A stretch of 64,000 nucleotides of DNA from Octopus sinensis (Eukaryota), in NCBI RefSeq assembly GCF_006345805.1, contig NC_043013.1, positions 992,001-1,056,000 on the forward strand, given 5' to 3'. Numbering within the stretch: the stretch's first letter is position 1; the number at the start of each line of letters is the position of its first letter. Made by a program: the position numbers and the translations under genes. Of this stretch, positions 11,181 through 23,646 are shown piece by piece. The notes under the pieces were generated by a model. It saw nothing but the letters and a program-made list of their open reading frames with translations. It was not told the DNA's origin and searched no databases.

Positions 11181-12386
11181 TATTTTAGAAATAATTGTTC
11201 TTTAGTTAAGAATAATAATAATAAAGAAAGAGCCTTGTCAATTCAACATTTTCACGGCGGGGGAGACTTGGTATGTAAATAGACCTTTAATTGCTGCTAA
11301 ATTTTGTAATGAGCTTTTTCAATGTATCAGGATGATGTTTCATAATACATTGTTTTCTTTATTTATCTAATCTCTTTTTAATGGGTTTATCTTCGACTCC
11401 CTAGTCCTCCTCCCACCATGGTAATTTATTTCAAATGTTATATATTCCGAGAGAAAAGCCTTGGCGATTTGTGTGTCAATTGTATCGTACAACAGTAGAT
11501 GTAAATGAAGTAACTATTGATCACTGACGATATCCAGTGGGTTTTTGTCCCTTAATAACGTAATAATCGAAAATATATCAAAGTTGCTTTTTTTTTTTTA
11601 CATCACTTGTATCCTAGATTATTGAAAACCAGGCGTGAGCAAACGTTTTCGAGAAGCGGACCACATGAGAAATAGTTCATCGTAGGGCGGGCCGCACTAT
11701 TAAAGAAATTCAAGGTAATTTATTTGCCTGGCATGCCATTCAGAAAAAAAGGTTTCCCGGGCTGCAGTTTGACCATGGCTGTTGTAAACAAATCTTTGAG
11801 TCGCCATTTCCGTTTGGAGTTCCTTCAAACTGTATCGCTTCATATATTAAGTTTCAACAACTGAAGACTAAATCCTTACTCGCCATCCAGTTTTTTTTTT
11901 CTTTTTACTACCATGTCCAGATTAACAAAGAAGGCAGCGAATTGGCAGAGTCAGCATCGGATAGAGTATTCGTGGAGTTTGTTTCGATTCTCTTGGCTCT
12001 GGGTTCAAAGTCCACCGAGATCAACTCTTCCTTTTATCGATTCGTGGTCGATAAAAAAGAACCAACCTAGGGCGGTGCATTTGCAGAGATGTTAAGTACG
12101 TCGGATGAGATGCATTGCGGCCTTTGCCCCAGCAACGTGAAATAAAGTGTCTTGCTCAAGGACACAACGAGTCGTCGAGAATCGAACGCACGACCTTACG
12201 ATCGTGGGCCGAATGCACTAAGCCACGCGCCTTCACCGTCTGTATATATATATATATGTATGTATTTATGCATGTATGTGTGTGTGTATATATATATATT
12301 TGAATTTTACAGAAAAACAAAAGACGAAGACAGGTGTATAAACAACAAGTAGGAGTATTAGTTTAACGCTCGGAAGGTGAGAAAGT

Positions 12387-12423
12387 CTTTTACGTTTCGA
12401 GCCTATGCTCTTTCGAGAGAAAG
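12387..12423 (-). ncRNA. Degenerate or variant hammerhead motif in an interspersed repeat
   Basis: CUUU-CUCUCGA-AA-GAGC-AUAG-GCUC-GAAAC-GUA^AAAG. Stems I and II and GAAAC-GUA are intact, but the CUGANGA core is altered. Confidence 0.45.
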
Positions 12424-12479
12424 GAGCACGAGAAATAAACAAAGACAATTAAAAAAAACCTTTGGAGCTAATGTATGTA

Positions 12480-13026
12480 TGTGTGTATGTATGTATGTTT
12501 GTATGTACTTATACACCACACACACACACATATATGATTATATATGCATGTATACGTGTGTGTGTGTGTGTATGAGGAGAGAGAGAGTGAGGGAGAGGGA
12601 GAGTTATTGACAGTTGCAACACTTTTATCAGAATGTATACACACAACTTAGGGTTGTGTGTATAAAATTTTGTTTGGTGGAGTATTTGTCTGTTGGTGTG
12701 TCTATGTATGTATGTGTGTCTATGTATGTATGTGTGTCTATGTATGTGTGTGTGTCTATGTATGTGTGTGTGTCTATGTATGTATGTGTGTTTATGTATG
12801 TGTGTGTGTGTGTTTGTGTGCTTGTATATGCGAGTGTCTAATCGGGTGGGGCGAAGGGTGAGGGGTATAAAACTTTGACATTCTTTAATAATTGGACAAG
12901 TAAATTGCTGGTTTATCATGGAACCAACCCATTCTTCAACACAATGTCAAGAAAAACACAAATTACCATGTGTGTGTGTTTGTGCGCGTGTGTCTGTATG
13001 AGTGTTTGTGTGTATATATATATATG

Positions 13027-13083
<57 letters not shown>

Positions 13084-13260
13084 ATACATATATACATATA
13101 TGTATGCATATACGTATATATACATGCATACACACATATACTTGTAAGTATACATTTATATATACACACACACCGACATACATAGATGTATAGCGCTTAT
13201 CATACATTATTATCTATACATACACGCACACACACGCACACACACACACACACACACATC
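12480..13260. repeat. Microsatellite/minisatellite cluster including a 16-bp gtgtctatgtatgtat array
   Basis: Direct reading of the sequence. Confidence 0.85.
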
Positions 13261-14074
13261 ATCATCATCTCGTAAAGTTGACCACTTCGGTATTTGGCAC
13301 GTTTTGTTGCTGTGAACGAGGAATGGATAGCAAGTTGTTATCTGTTTTCCATTATAAGACAATTGAGACGAAAGGACAGACGAACAGAAAACCTGTGAAA
13401 CTCGTCAACCAACAATAAGAAGGTCTTCGCTGTTTGCTTAAAGCTATTGATACTTTATACTACTTCTACTACCACTGCTGCTGCTGCTGCTTCTACTGCT
13501 GCTACGAAAATGTGGTACGACAGTCAATGAAAGTTATCCGATTCATGGTTATTGCTCGTCGAAAACTACGATTACAAAGACATGTTGCAGAAAAATAGAG
13601 AGGGGGGAGAGAGCGGCGAAAAAGGGTGGTATATATCCGGTTGTTTAACCCTGTTCTCATTGAGCAAGCCTATGATCAGTGGTATTCCATTCTGAACATC
13701 CAACCTGTTTGTATATCCATGAGTATATTGTCCAACATATTTCAACGTGATTTGAGGGGGATTTTGCAGGTACTTCTAGCAGGTCTTGTAACAGCATAGA
13801 CAAGTCATGGGGAAACTGCGGCTCACGAGATATTTCGAATAGCATACCTTCGGGTGCACTGCACTGTTGTCAGCCATTTTCTTTCGCGTTAGCCTATCGA
13901 CTTTTCTATCTCTCATTTGGTCTAATTCAAAATAGCCTTCATGCAGACAATCGCTACATATATATATAATAATATATATATATATAGATATATATATATA
14001 TATAATATATATATATATAATATATATATACATATATACATATATACATATACATATATATATATATATGTATG

Positions 14075-14114
<40 letters not shown>

Positions 14115-14124
14115 TATATGTATG

Positions 14125-14231
<107 letters not shown>

Positions 14232-14469
14232 TGTATATAATTATTAATATCAGGGAATTTATTTCGAGTCCACAGGGGAAAGAAATTCAATTTAGTGGTA
14301 CTACAACGACTTTCCTTCTGTATTATATATATATATATATTATATATAGGTTTAAGAGACAGAACCACCTTCAAGCAACTCAATCAACTTTGAACGACAT
14401 TATCTATGATAGAGATATATAAGATTAAATATTATCAACTTAATACTTGCAATTACTAATCTGATTCAT

Positions 14470-14574
14470 AGACTACGCGCGTTTCATGACAATAAATATA
14501 TCGATATTGCTAAAGTAGAAGGTCTTGAAATTCAATACTTTATCGATCCGACGATACTGCCAATCTTCAGGTCT
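14470..14574 (-). ncRNA. Type I hammerhead ribozyme motif with a large stem II insertion
   Basis: AGAC-CUGAAGA-UUGGCAGUA...UAUUGUCAU-GAAAC-GCGC-GUA^GUCU, with a 4-bp stem I, an 8-bp stem II under a U.U pair and a palindromic GCGC loop. Predicted cleavage is at 14474/14473. Confidence 0.75.
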
Positions 14575-14620
14575 GGATTATATAAACCTATTTTACTATT
14601 TACAACCTATATAGAGACAT

Positions 14621-14858
14621 GATAATTAAAATTATACATTTAGAAATCATCGAAATAATTTATCTTAACTAAAAACGAACGAAATAAAGCATAAAAAATA
14701 GGAAAAAGAAAAAAAAATTTAAGCACTCTTAAAAGTTAATAAGAATAAAGATAAGTTAAATTTTCTTTTTCTTTTTACTATTTTTTATGCTTTATTTCCT
14801 CCGTTTTTAGTTAAGATAAATTATTTCAATGATTTCTAAATGTATAATTTTAATTATC
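14621..14858. repeat. Inverted repeat (~100-bp arms) adjoining the hammerhead; Penelope-like remnant
   Basis: 14621-14720 is reverse-complementary to 14758-14858. Confidence 0.8.
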
Positions 14859-15682
14859 TCCGTTGATCATGAATGACCATGGGATAGCACCTAGAAATTT
14901 CCCCTCCGTGGCACAAGTCCAGCCGAGGTTTTTTGCGGAAGACCAGCAGTCGCCCATGCATACTAAACCCCACTTTCAGCCACTGGTGTTATCCAAGAGA
15001 AAGGCCAATACAGCTTAACACCAGTGACGTTGCAATTTATTTCACATAATGTTGCAGTCCTGGTTAGGACGAATGTTACTGTTATTTTGCCCCAGGAAAC
15101 ATCGTCTCCATCTGGCCATCAACGTACTGTGTCCTTATATTTTCGAACAAGGCAGCTTAGTGTCCCCACTCAGCTTTGAGAGTTCAGTAAATAACAGTAA
15201 CATTCGCCCTAATCAGGACTGCCACATTATGTTGGTAAATAATCTTTACTCTAGAGTACTGTTACTGAATGTCTCTCGTTCAGAGATTTAGAAATAACAA
15301 TTTTTCTATTTATGAGATCAGTGACTGTGTGTCACTTTGAAAAGTATATATTTCCAACATGAGTCTAGTATCGTCATCTCTAGCCAAGCAGGTATTCTGT
15401 GCTGATGAAGAGAAATAACCCAGAAACCATTGGTGCACAGATATTTCTTTGTGCTGAGTGGGGACGCTAACTCCCTTGTTCGAAAATATAAGGACGCAGA
15501 TAGGGCGTCGAAAGCCAGTTGGAGACGATGTTTCCTGGGGCTAAATAACTGTAACATTCGTCCTAATCAGGACTACCATATCATTTTGGCAAATAATCTT
15601 TACTATGTTCAACCAAAACCCTTCGAGAATGAGAGAGTATGCGCGCGCGCGCGCGTGTGTACATATATATATATATATATGT

Positions 15683-15923
15683 ATTCTTTTATTCTTTTAC
15701 TCGTTTCAGTCATTTGACTGCGGCCATCCTGGAGCACCGCCTAGAAGGGTTTTAGTTGAACAAATCGGTCCCAGGGCTTATTTTTTAAGCCAAGTACTTA
15801 TTCTATCGGTTTCTTTTGCTGAACCGCTAGATTACTTGGAGATAAACACACCAACACCAGTTGTCAAGCGATAATGGGGGGGGGCGGACAGACACAGACA
15901 CAAAGACATACACACATAGATAT

Positions 15924-15972
<49 letters not shown>

Positions 15973-16132
15973 CATGACAGGCTTCTTTCAGTTTCCGTCT
16001 ACCAAATCCACTCTCAAGGCTTTGGTCGGCCCGAAGCTATAGTAGAAGAAACTTGCCCAAAGTGCCACGCAGTGGGACTGAACCCAGAACCATATGGTTT
16101 GTAAGCAAGCTAGTTACCACACAGCCACACCT
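15683..16132 (-). mobile_element. tRNA-derived SINE family A
   Basis: Homologous to 7187-7565. Confidence 0.85.
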
Positions 16133-16637
16133 ATATAAAATTTATTATCAAAATTTCTAAGCTAACATCTACTTTGTTTAGAAACATTTGTACTTCTTTT
16201 TCTGAAGTTGCCCTGACAACGGTGGCCCAGTTTCCCGAGAATGTAAACGATGTTCAAATCGGTGAGGAAACTTGCGACTCCTTTTGTTACTGGCTGCGAT
16301 GGAACAGAAGTGTGAAAACTGCTGTTAGGAAATGTCAGTTTATCAATGTTTATTCAAATATGTCAAATTTAGGAAACTGTCAGCTCGTTAAAGCTGATGT
16401 CATCAAGCATAAGGAAATACAACTGCATGTGTGGCGGAATCTCTAAGCTAACCCCAGCTGTTTGTAGATATATATGTACGTGAGTGCACGCATCGAGGCG
16501 TGTGTGAGTGTCGTTTGGTGCGTGCGTGTGTCAAAGTAAATACTGTGCGGATTTGGATGTGTGTGCATGCATACATATTTGTATACATGTAAGTATACAT
16601 GTAAGTATACATGCATTCATGCGTACACGGGTGTCTG

Positions 16638-16669
<32 letters not shown>

Positions 16670-18655
16670 TGTATGTATGTATGTATGTATGTATGTATGC
16701 ATGTATGTATGTATCTATCTATCTATCTGTCTGTGCGTGTGTGTGTGTGTATGTCTACGTGTGTGTGCATGCGTGTGTGTGTGTATTTTTGTACAGAAGC
16801 CATATACACAGTAAGTCTAATAAACAAATACTTAATCTTATAGTGAAATTACGGCCATGAATAAACCACTGCGCTTTCAATAGATTGAAATGAAAATCAA
16901 ACCGACTAGTGTCGAGCTTGAGCGACGTCATCAGGGAAAGGACATACAAACACGCATGCACGCATATACGAGGTGGCCACGGTTTGAACGTTTTCGTTGA
17001 TCGGTTTACTCGATCAGGGCTAACAACAGCTCGTGACATCACATGAATTGGAATTGTTCAATGAAATATCGAACATTGTCAGTTATTGAACAATAATTGT
17101 TGTATTCTGTGTGGATTGTTATTTATTGTGCAAAAATAATGAACTCAGCGACATGGCTTCAATATTCATTTGACGATAATTTTATTAATTTAAGCCATTC
17201 ATACCATTTCAGAAGGTATGACGAACAAAATAAGTCTTCATTATTTTCCCATTAAAATATAAAACATTCTAGGCTGGTTAGACAAAGACAATAGTATGAG
17301 AATCAAAATGTACCGGAGTTTATATATTGATAAATTATCAGAAGCACAAACTGAAAAGTGACTCTAAGTAGACTTGTAGGCACTGGCATTGGATTTTAAA
17401 GGGGCTAAATGCAGACGCCGGCCCCTTTAGGAAAGAGTTACCTGTTTTTATAACTCATTCTAATTATTTCTGGTGTGTTACTAGTAAGTATATCATGTAC
17501 ACAACATGAATACGTATATATTAATATATATATGTGTGTGTGTGTGTGCACGTGCGTTTTCACAACCTTCTTGAGAGTATTATCAGTTGAAATCTGGTCT
17601 ATTTGTCACATCTGGCTCGGACTTAGCAGCTTCGCATACCCCGTGCTTGATTGAATCATTTATTTTCAGCTGATAAGTCACGGTTTCACTTCTTATTGCT
17701 GAATAAGTACGCACGCTTATGCCAAAACAACGAATTAGCGTCGTTTTTAAAACGTTGGATGAATAACGCTCAGTAATGTTGCATTAACTGTTGCTCAGGT
17801 CTGCCTTTCGTAGTTTCGTGTAACAACAGTATCGATCTTGGGCAGTGAATGGCTGAGGTGTTGATGTGTTGGACTGCATAGTGGCGGTACTTGCGTTGGC
17901 TTTCTGCTTTCTAAAGGTAACGCCAGTAATGACACTGGCTCCAAGCCTTATCGGTCTTTCAGAAAAGTTTTTCAGTTTTTCGTTTGAACAATCTAGTAAC
18001 AAAGGCAATAAAATTATATGCACAGAAAACTCATAGACTTCTACTGAAAAGTAAATCAAATAAATAAACTTAGGTTTGCACATATGATTGCAGATATTAG
18101 CCAACAATCAACAACGGAGGTCCCTGAATAGGAAAGAGTAGAAACTACTAAACTGTCGTCATCAGGGATCGCTGCCTTCGCCTTCCAAGTTGCTCAAGTT
18201 AAACTACTTGCAAATATAAACATAATTATGACAAATATATAAAAAGTTTGACAGCCGAGTATTATTGACATTTGACCCAGCACCGCCTTATTGTAAGTAA
18301 ATGTGGAAATAGAACATTTATTAAATATGTTTAATAAACTTGTATATATAAATTTCGTTACAGTTGTTGTAATTTTGTTTTTATTTATTATAAACGGTTC
18401 TCTTCTTCACGTCGACTGCTCAAAAGGTATCGTCAGTGATCTCTGACGAGTCTTTAATAAATAAAAAAAACGATATTAGCCCCATTTCCAGCTGAAGAAA
18501 GCCCCGATGTTCAACCATGGATTCTATTTTCACATTGAAATCAAATATTTTATTTGGTTACATTATTTATTATTCTATTTTTCGATTTTCACTTTCAACC
18601 AGAAGCTAAGGCACCTTATTTAAAATCATGCAGTAAATTCATACAGTAATGGGGC

Positions 18656-18737
<82 letters not shown>

Positions 18738-18827
18738 TTATATATTCCTCCTTCCCCTCTTTCCTGAGCGTCCAATAATACTTTATTTGTTCCACATCCT
18801 TGTGTTGTTGTCTTTTTGTTTGGATTA

Positions 18828-18887
<60 letters not shown>

Positions 18888-18904
18888 TAGCTGTTATAAA
18901 AGGA

Positions 18905-19172
18905 CGGATCTTTTCGGTTTGAACGGCAGTTTTTAAAAATAATTTCCACGTAACTAAACACTTTTAAACTTCGTATACTGGTAGAATGTGTTTATAAAAC
19001 ATCTTTTTCTCTTGGCTTCATTGAGAAAATTCTATAATTTGTAAGATATTTGTTGTTAGTTTTTTCTTCAATTTCTGCAATTTCAACCAATCAATGACGT
19101 CTATTGAGGTGAAAACATTCTGTGCCGTATGAATATGTCCCTCGTTTAAGAAACAGATTGGGTTTATTTACA
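18905..19172. mobile_element. Truncated copy of the GATCTTTT-TIR non-autonomous DNA element
   Basis: About 265 bp nearly identical to the first part of 39136-39545. Confidence 0.8.
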
Positions 19173-19411
19173 TTTCAACGAAAAGTAAAACAAGAAAAAC
19201 AATTAAATTGAAAAAAATTAAATGAAATGTTTTGTAAATATTTCCATAGTCTTCAAATAGTTAGGACATTTTCTTTTGTGAAGAGAGACAGACAGACAGA
19301 CAGAAGAAAGGAAAATGTCCTACCTATTTGAAGACTATGGAAATATTTACAAAACATTTCATTTAATTTTTTTCAATTTAATTGTTTTTCTTGTTTTACT
19401 TTTCGTTGAAA
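19173..19411. repeat. Near-perfect inverted repeat (~100-bp arms, ~35-bp (CAGA)n loop)
   Basis: tttcaacgaaaagtaaaac...ggacattttc pairs with gaaaatgtcc...gttttacttttcgttgaaa. Confidence 0.9.
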
Positions 19412-19502
19412 AAGTCGAAAAGAGTTGAACCGGTGATAACCTTTACAAAATGGATTTCATGGTGAAATTATTTTAGCATTTTCTACCGTAACTTATTTTC
19501 CT

Positions 19503-19535
<33 letters not shown>

Positions 19536-19678
19536 TTATATATATATATTATATATATATGGATATATACACACACACACACATACATACCTATACTTAT
19601 GTACGTATATATATAATATATATATATGTATATGTACGCATATATATACATACGTATGTATATATATATATAGATATA

Positions 19679-19711
<33 letters not shown>

Positions 19712-20429
19712 CGTATGCATATATGTATACGTATGTATATATATATACATATATATGTACACACACACACACACATTCAGGGTAAAACGCGTGACTGAAT
19801 TCGTTGCCATATCAGATATGAAAAGTTATATTTCTAAGTTGGAACTCAGCCACAGTCGATTTAGCGTATCTCTCCTGTGGGAGATGGGTGCAACGACTAT
19901 CAGAAATAAATATACATGGTTTCGAATGATGCATTGAGGTATTAAAGGGGCCCTGAAGTACATTGATATCACTTAAGTAAGTATTTGCACCAACATCTGT
20001 AGCCACGTTGGTGCCAAACGTGTATTTCTTTAGCTTTTGGTAAGAAACTAAAGATACTGAAGCACACACCTTTCTTTGTGTAAACACACAGAATACTAAA
20101 ACAATAATGATTTCCGATTTAGACATAATACCAGTAATTTTCGAGGGAGAAGGGATTATTCGGTGTCATCGACTTAGTACTACTCTGGTACTTTATTATA
20201 TCGACCCTGGGGGCGAAAAAAAGCAAAGTTCTCCACGGTGAGGTTTGAATTCAAAACGGGATGAGCCAGAAGAAATGCCGCTAAGCATTTTGTTCGACGC
20301 ACTAACGACGCTTTTTTTGCCGCAGGAACTGAAAAATCATTTACTAAGCCCACTGAGCAATGATGTTGTACATTGCAACGATTCAGCTTCTGAAGACGGG
20401 ATCATAACTAGCCCCCTTCAGGACAGCCA

Positions 20430-20507
20430 AATAATAATGATAATAATAATAATGATGATAATAATAATGATAATAATAATAAATAATAATAATAAATAAT
20501 AATAATA

Positions 20508-20551
<44 letters not shown>

Positions 20552-20627
20552 AATAATAATAATAATAATAATGATGATGATAATAATAATAATAATAATA
20601 ATAATGATGGTGATGGTGATGATGATG

Positions 20628-20686
<59 letters not shown>

Positions 20687-20730
20687 GATCATGATGATGA
20701 TGATTATAATAATAATAATAATAATAATGA
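20430..20730. repeat. (TAA)n/(TGA)n trinucleotide array
   Basis: Direct reading. It is the source of the poly-Ile and poly-Met pseudo-ORFs. Confidence 0.95.
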
Positions 20731-20734
20731 TAGT

Positions 20735-22330
20735 GACAGCCTATCTCCGTTGCTTTTCGATCTCTACATGATACCCCTGACCTTGGTACTTAGGAAAACG
20801 AACCTGGGGTAACTACTAAAGGAAAAATCCCAAACAATCAGCCACCTTCTCTTCATAGATGATTTGAAACTGTATGGTAAAGATGAGGCACAAAGGAGTT
20901 CCTTGGTGAACACGGTCGACTGTTTTAGTACTGATATTAGAATGGAATTTGGACTCAAGAAGTGCGGAATGATCTACCCAAAAAGGGGCAAGATACAGTC
21001 CCTAGCAGGGATAGAATTACCGAATAGGGACTTGATTAAGCAAATTGAAACGTAAAGATACAAATACCTTGGCGTATTAGAGGCCAACGAGAAGAATGGA
21101 AACGGAAATGAAAGAGCAACTGAGGATGGATATTTCCGAAGACCGAGGTTGGTTCTGCGCTCAAAATTGACTGAATGGAATAAAATCGAAGCAGTTAAAG
21201 ACGTGGGCGATAGTACCACTTCGGTATGGAGCGGGAATTATAAAATGGCAAAAGAGAGAATTGAAGAAAATGGATACCAAAACCAGAGAAACGTTGACAG
21301 TACACGGCGCTTTCCACCCTGAGAGTGACACCGATAGGCTCTACTTGTCCAGAAGAAAGGGTGTGAGAAGTTTGATCAGTAATGTAAGGAAGCAGAGGAA
21401 AACAACCTTGGGTGGTATATAAAAAAATGCCGTGGAGCCACTGCTGAAATACACGAAGAAGGCCGGCGTAATCGAAAATGACGACTGTGTAACTAAAGAA
21501 AAATTTTAACAAGAACTGAACAAAAAAAAACATGGAAGGAAAAAGAAAATGTACGGTCAGTTTGCAAGGGAGGTGAACGTCAAGACAGATACAGAAGATA
21601 GGTGGCTATGGATGAGGTGGAGTGACCTGAAGAGAGAGACAGAAATACTCATATGCGCAGCTCAAGAACAAGCGTTAAGGACCAATTATATGAAGTGCAG
21701 AATAGGCAGCACTACCGATAGCGACAAATGCAGAATGTGTGGAGAGAGAGGTGACATGGTATGGCACATTGTTAACGAATGCCAGAAATTGGCACAACAC
21801 AAATACAAAAGATACCATGACAATGTGATAGAAGGAGTCACCGAAAATGAGAATTACAAAATCCTGTGGGATGCAATGATCCAGTGCGATCACCCGACCA
21901 AACATCGGAAACCGAACATTGTTGTGGTGAATAAAAAAGAAAGAACATTTATGATTACCGACATAGCATGTCCCGGTGACAACAGGGTCGATGTGAAAGA
22001 AGAAGAACAAATAAACAACCATGACGATTTAAAGTAGGACATACGAAGGTTGTGGTCAATGAAGAGAGTAGACTTTATGCTAATAGTATTTTGTGCACTT
22101 GGAAGTATCAGCACTCAACTACCAACATGGCTGAAAAAGATCGGTGCAAGTGTGAAGGTAGAACACCTACAAAAATCAGAATTGCTTGGAACTGCAAGAA
22201 TTCTTTGCAGGGTTCTTGAACCATGACCAGTAAACAAGTGTCACTTTAGTCTGCTGGCTGTGGACAGCTGACACTTTACATCATACCCAGCAAAAAAAAA
22301 AAAAAAAAAAAATAAGCTGGTAGATTTTCA
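20735..22330 (+). mobile_element. R4/Dong-clade non-LTR retrotransposon (RLE type), 5'-truncated and decayed
   Basis: RT motifs SPLLF, ISHLLFIDDLKLYG and YKYLG. A-QEQALRTNY and CRMC...HIVNEC form the CCHC knuckle, and HRKPNIVV...DIACP-D forms the restriction-like endonuclease. Flanked by (TAA)n on both sides. Confidence 0.88.
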
Positions 22331-22350
22331 TAATAATAATAATAATAATA

Positions 22351-22891
22351 AAAGATCTTGAAATAGAAATCAGCAAAATGTGGAAGCTGAAGACTAAAAC
22401 AATACCTGTTGTCATAGGTGCCCTGGGAATGATAGCGAAAGGGACTGATTGCTACCTAACTCAGATACCAGGAAACCCCAAAATGGCAGAAATTCAAAAG
22501 ATAGTGCTCATGGGAACTGCTCATATCCTACGCAAAATACTCTCTATGTAATCCCAAGGTTTAAAACAAACTTTTTTTTTCTTTTTAATTTATGTATTAG
22601 ACATTCACTAGTACAACACCAAAAAAAAAAAAAAACCCAAATATATGGCACAGAACTTCTAACCTGTTGTCTCTTGAGGTCTCTGGGTGAGACTTGGAGC
22701 CAACTTGTACAGACATAAAGCAAAAGTCAAACATAGAATAATTATAATAATAAAGTACAACACCCCCACCCCTCAAATATATGGCACACTAGGCATAACA
22801 ACAACATGAACTTCCAACCCTGTTGTCTCTTGAGGTCTCTGGGTGAGACTTGGAGCCAACTTGTACAAATATAAAGCAAAAGTCAAACATA

Positions 22892-22893
<2 letters not shown>
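22351..22893 (+). mobile_element. 3' end of a second R4/Dong subfamily, with a duplicated 3' UTR
   Basis: Encodes KDLEIEISKMWKLKTKTIPVVIGALG...QKIVLMGTAHILRKILSM*. The tail ctgttgtctcttgaggtctctgggtgagacttggagccaacttgtac occurs twice and ends in (TAA)n. Confidence 0.8.
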
Positions 22894-22969
<76 letters not shown>

Positions 22970-22979
22970 TAATAATAAT

Positions 22980-23359
22980 CCTTTCTACTATAGGTACAAG
23001 GTCTGAAATTTGATGGGAGAGGACTAGTCGATTATATCGACCCCAGTGCGTAACTTGTACTTAATTAATCGGGCCCGAAAGGATGAAAGGCTAAGTCGAG
23101 CTCGGCGGAATTTTAACTCAGAACGTAACGGCAGACGAAATACCTATTTCTTTATTACCCACAAGGGGCTAAACACAGAGAGGACAAACAAGGACAGACA
23201 AACGGATTAAGTCGATTATATCGACCCCAGTGCGTAACTTGTACTTATTTAATCAACCCCGAAAGGATGAAAGGCAAACTTGAACTCAGAAAGTAACGGC
23301 AGACGAAATACCGCTAAGCATTTCGCCCGGCGTGCTAACGTTTCTGCCAGCTCGCCGCC

Positions 23360-23360
<1 letters not shown>
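22980..23360 (-). mobile_element. Composite SINE B (SINE with a Tx1-like tail followed by a headless second SINE body)
   Basis: Junction taataaagaaata|ggtatttcgtctgcc at 23145/23144. The same junction occurs at 27316/27315 and 40235/40236. Confidence 0.8.
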
Positions 23361-23397
<37 letters not shown>

Positions 23398-23646
23398 TAA
23401 TAATAATAATAATAAATTCAAATTTTGGCACAAGGCCAGCAACTTTCATTGACCCTAGTTCTAGGCGGATACTTTATTTGATCAGCCCCGGAAAGATGAA
23501 AGGTAAAGTCAGGGTAAAGTAGAGTTCTTTATTGTAATAAATTTATGTGTAGTTTTGAGTCATTATTATCCTCGACGTCATTGTTATCGTCATCATTATC
23601 AACGACGACGACACCAAAAACATCACAAAAGAAAAACTGTTACATC

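Noticed and set aside
13630-13945. Possible LINE endonuclease remnant (..WNTTDHRL..)
   Set aside because: There is only one short motif among frameshifts, too weak to list as a feature.
20408-20771. Poly-Ile and poly-Met ORFs
   Set aside because: They are reading frames through the (TAA)/(TGA)n array.
22640-23360. Direct repeats separated by spacers that superficially resemble a CRISPR array
   Set aside because: The repeats are duplicated retroelement tails and SINE bodies in a eukaryotic context. They have no regular spacer length and there are no cas genes.
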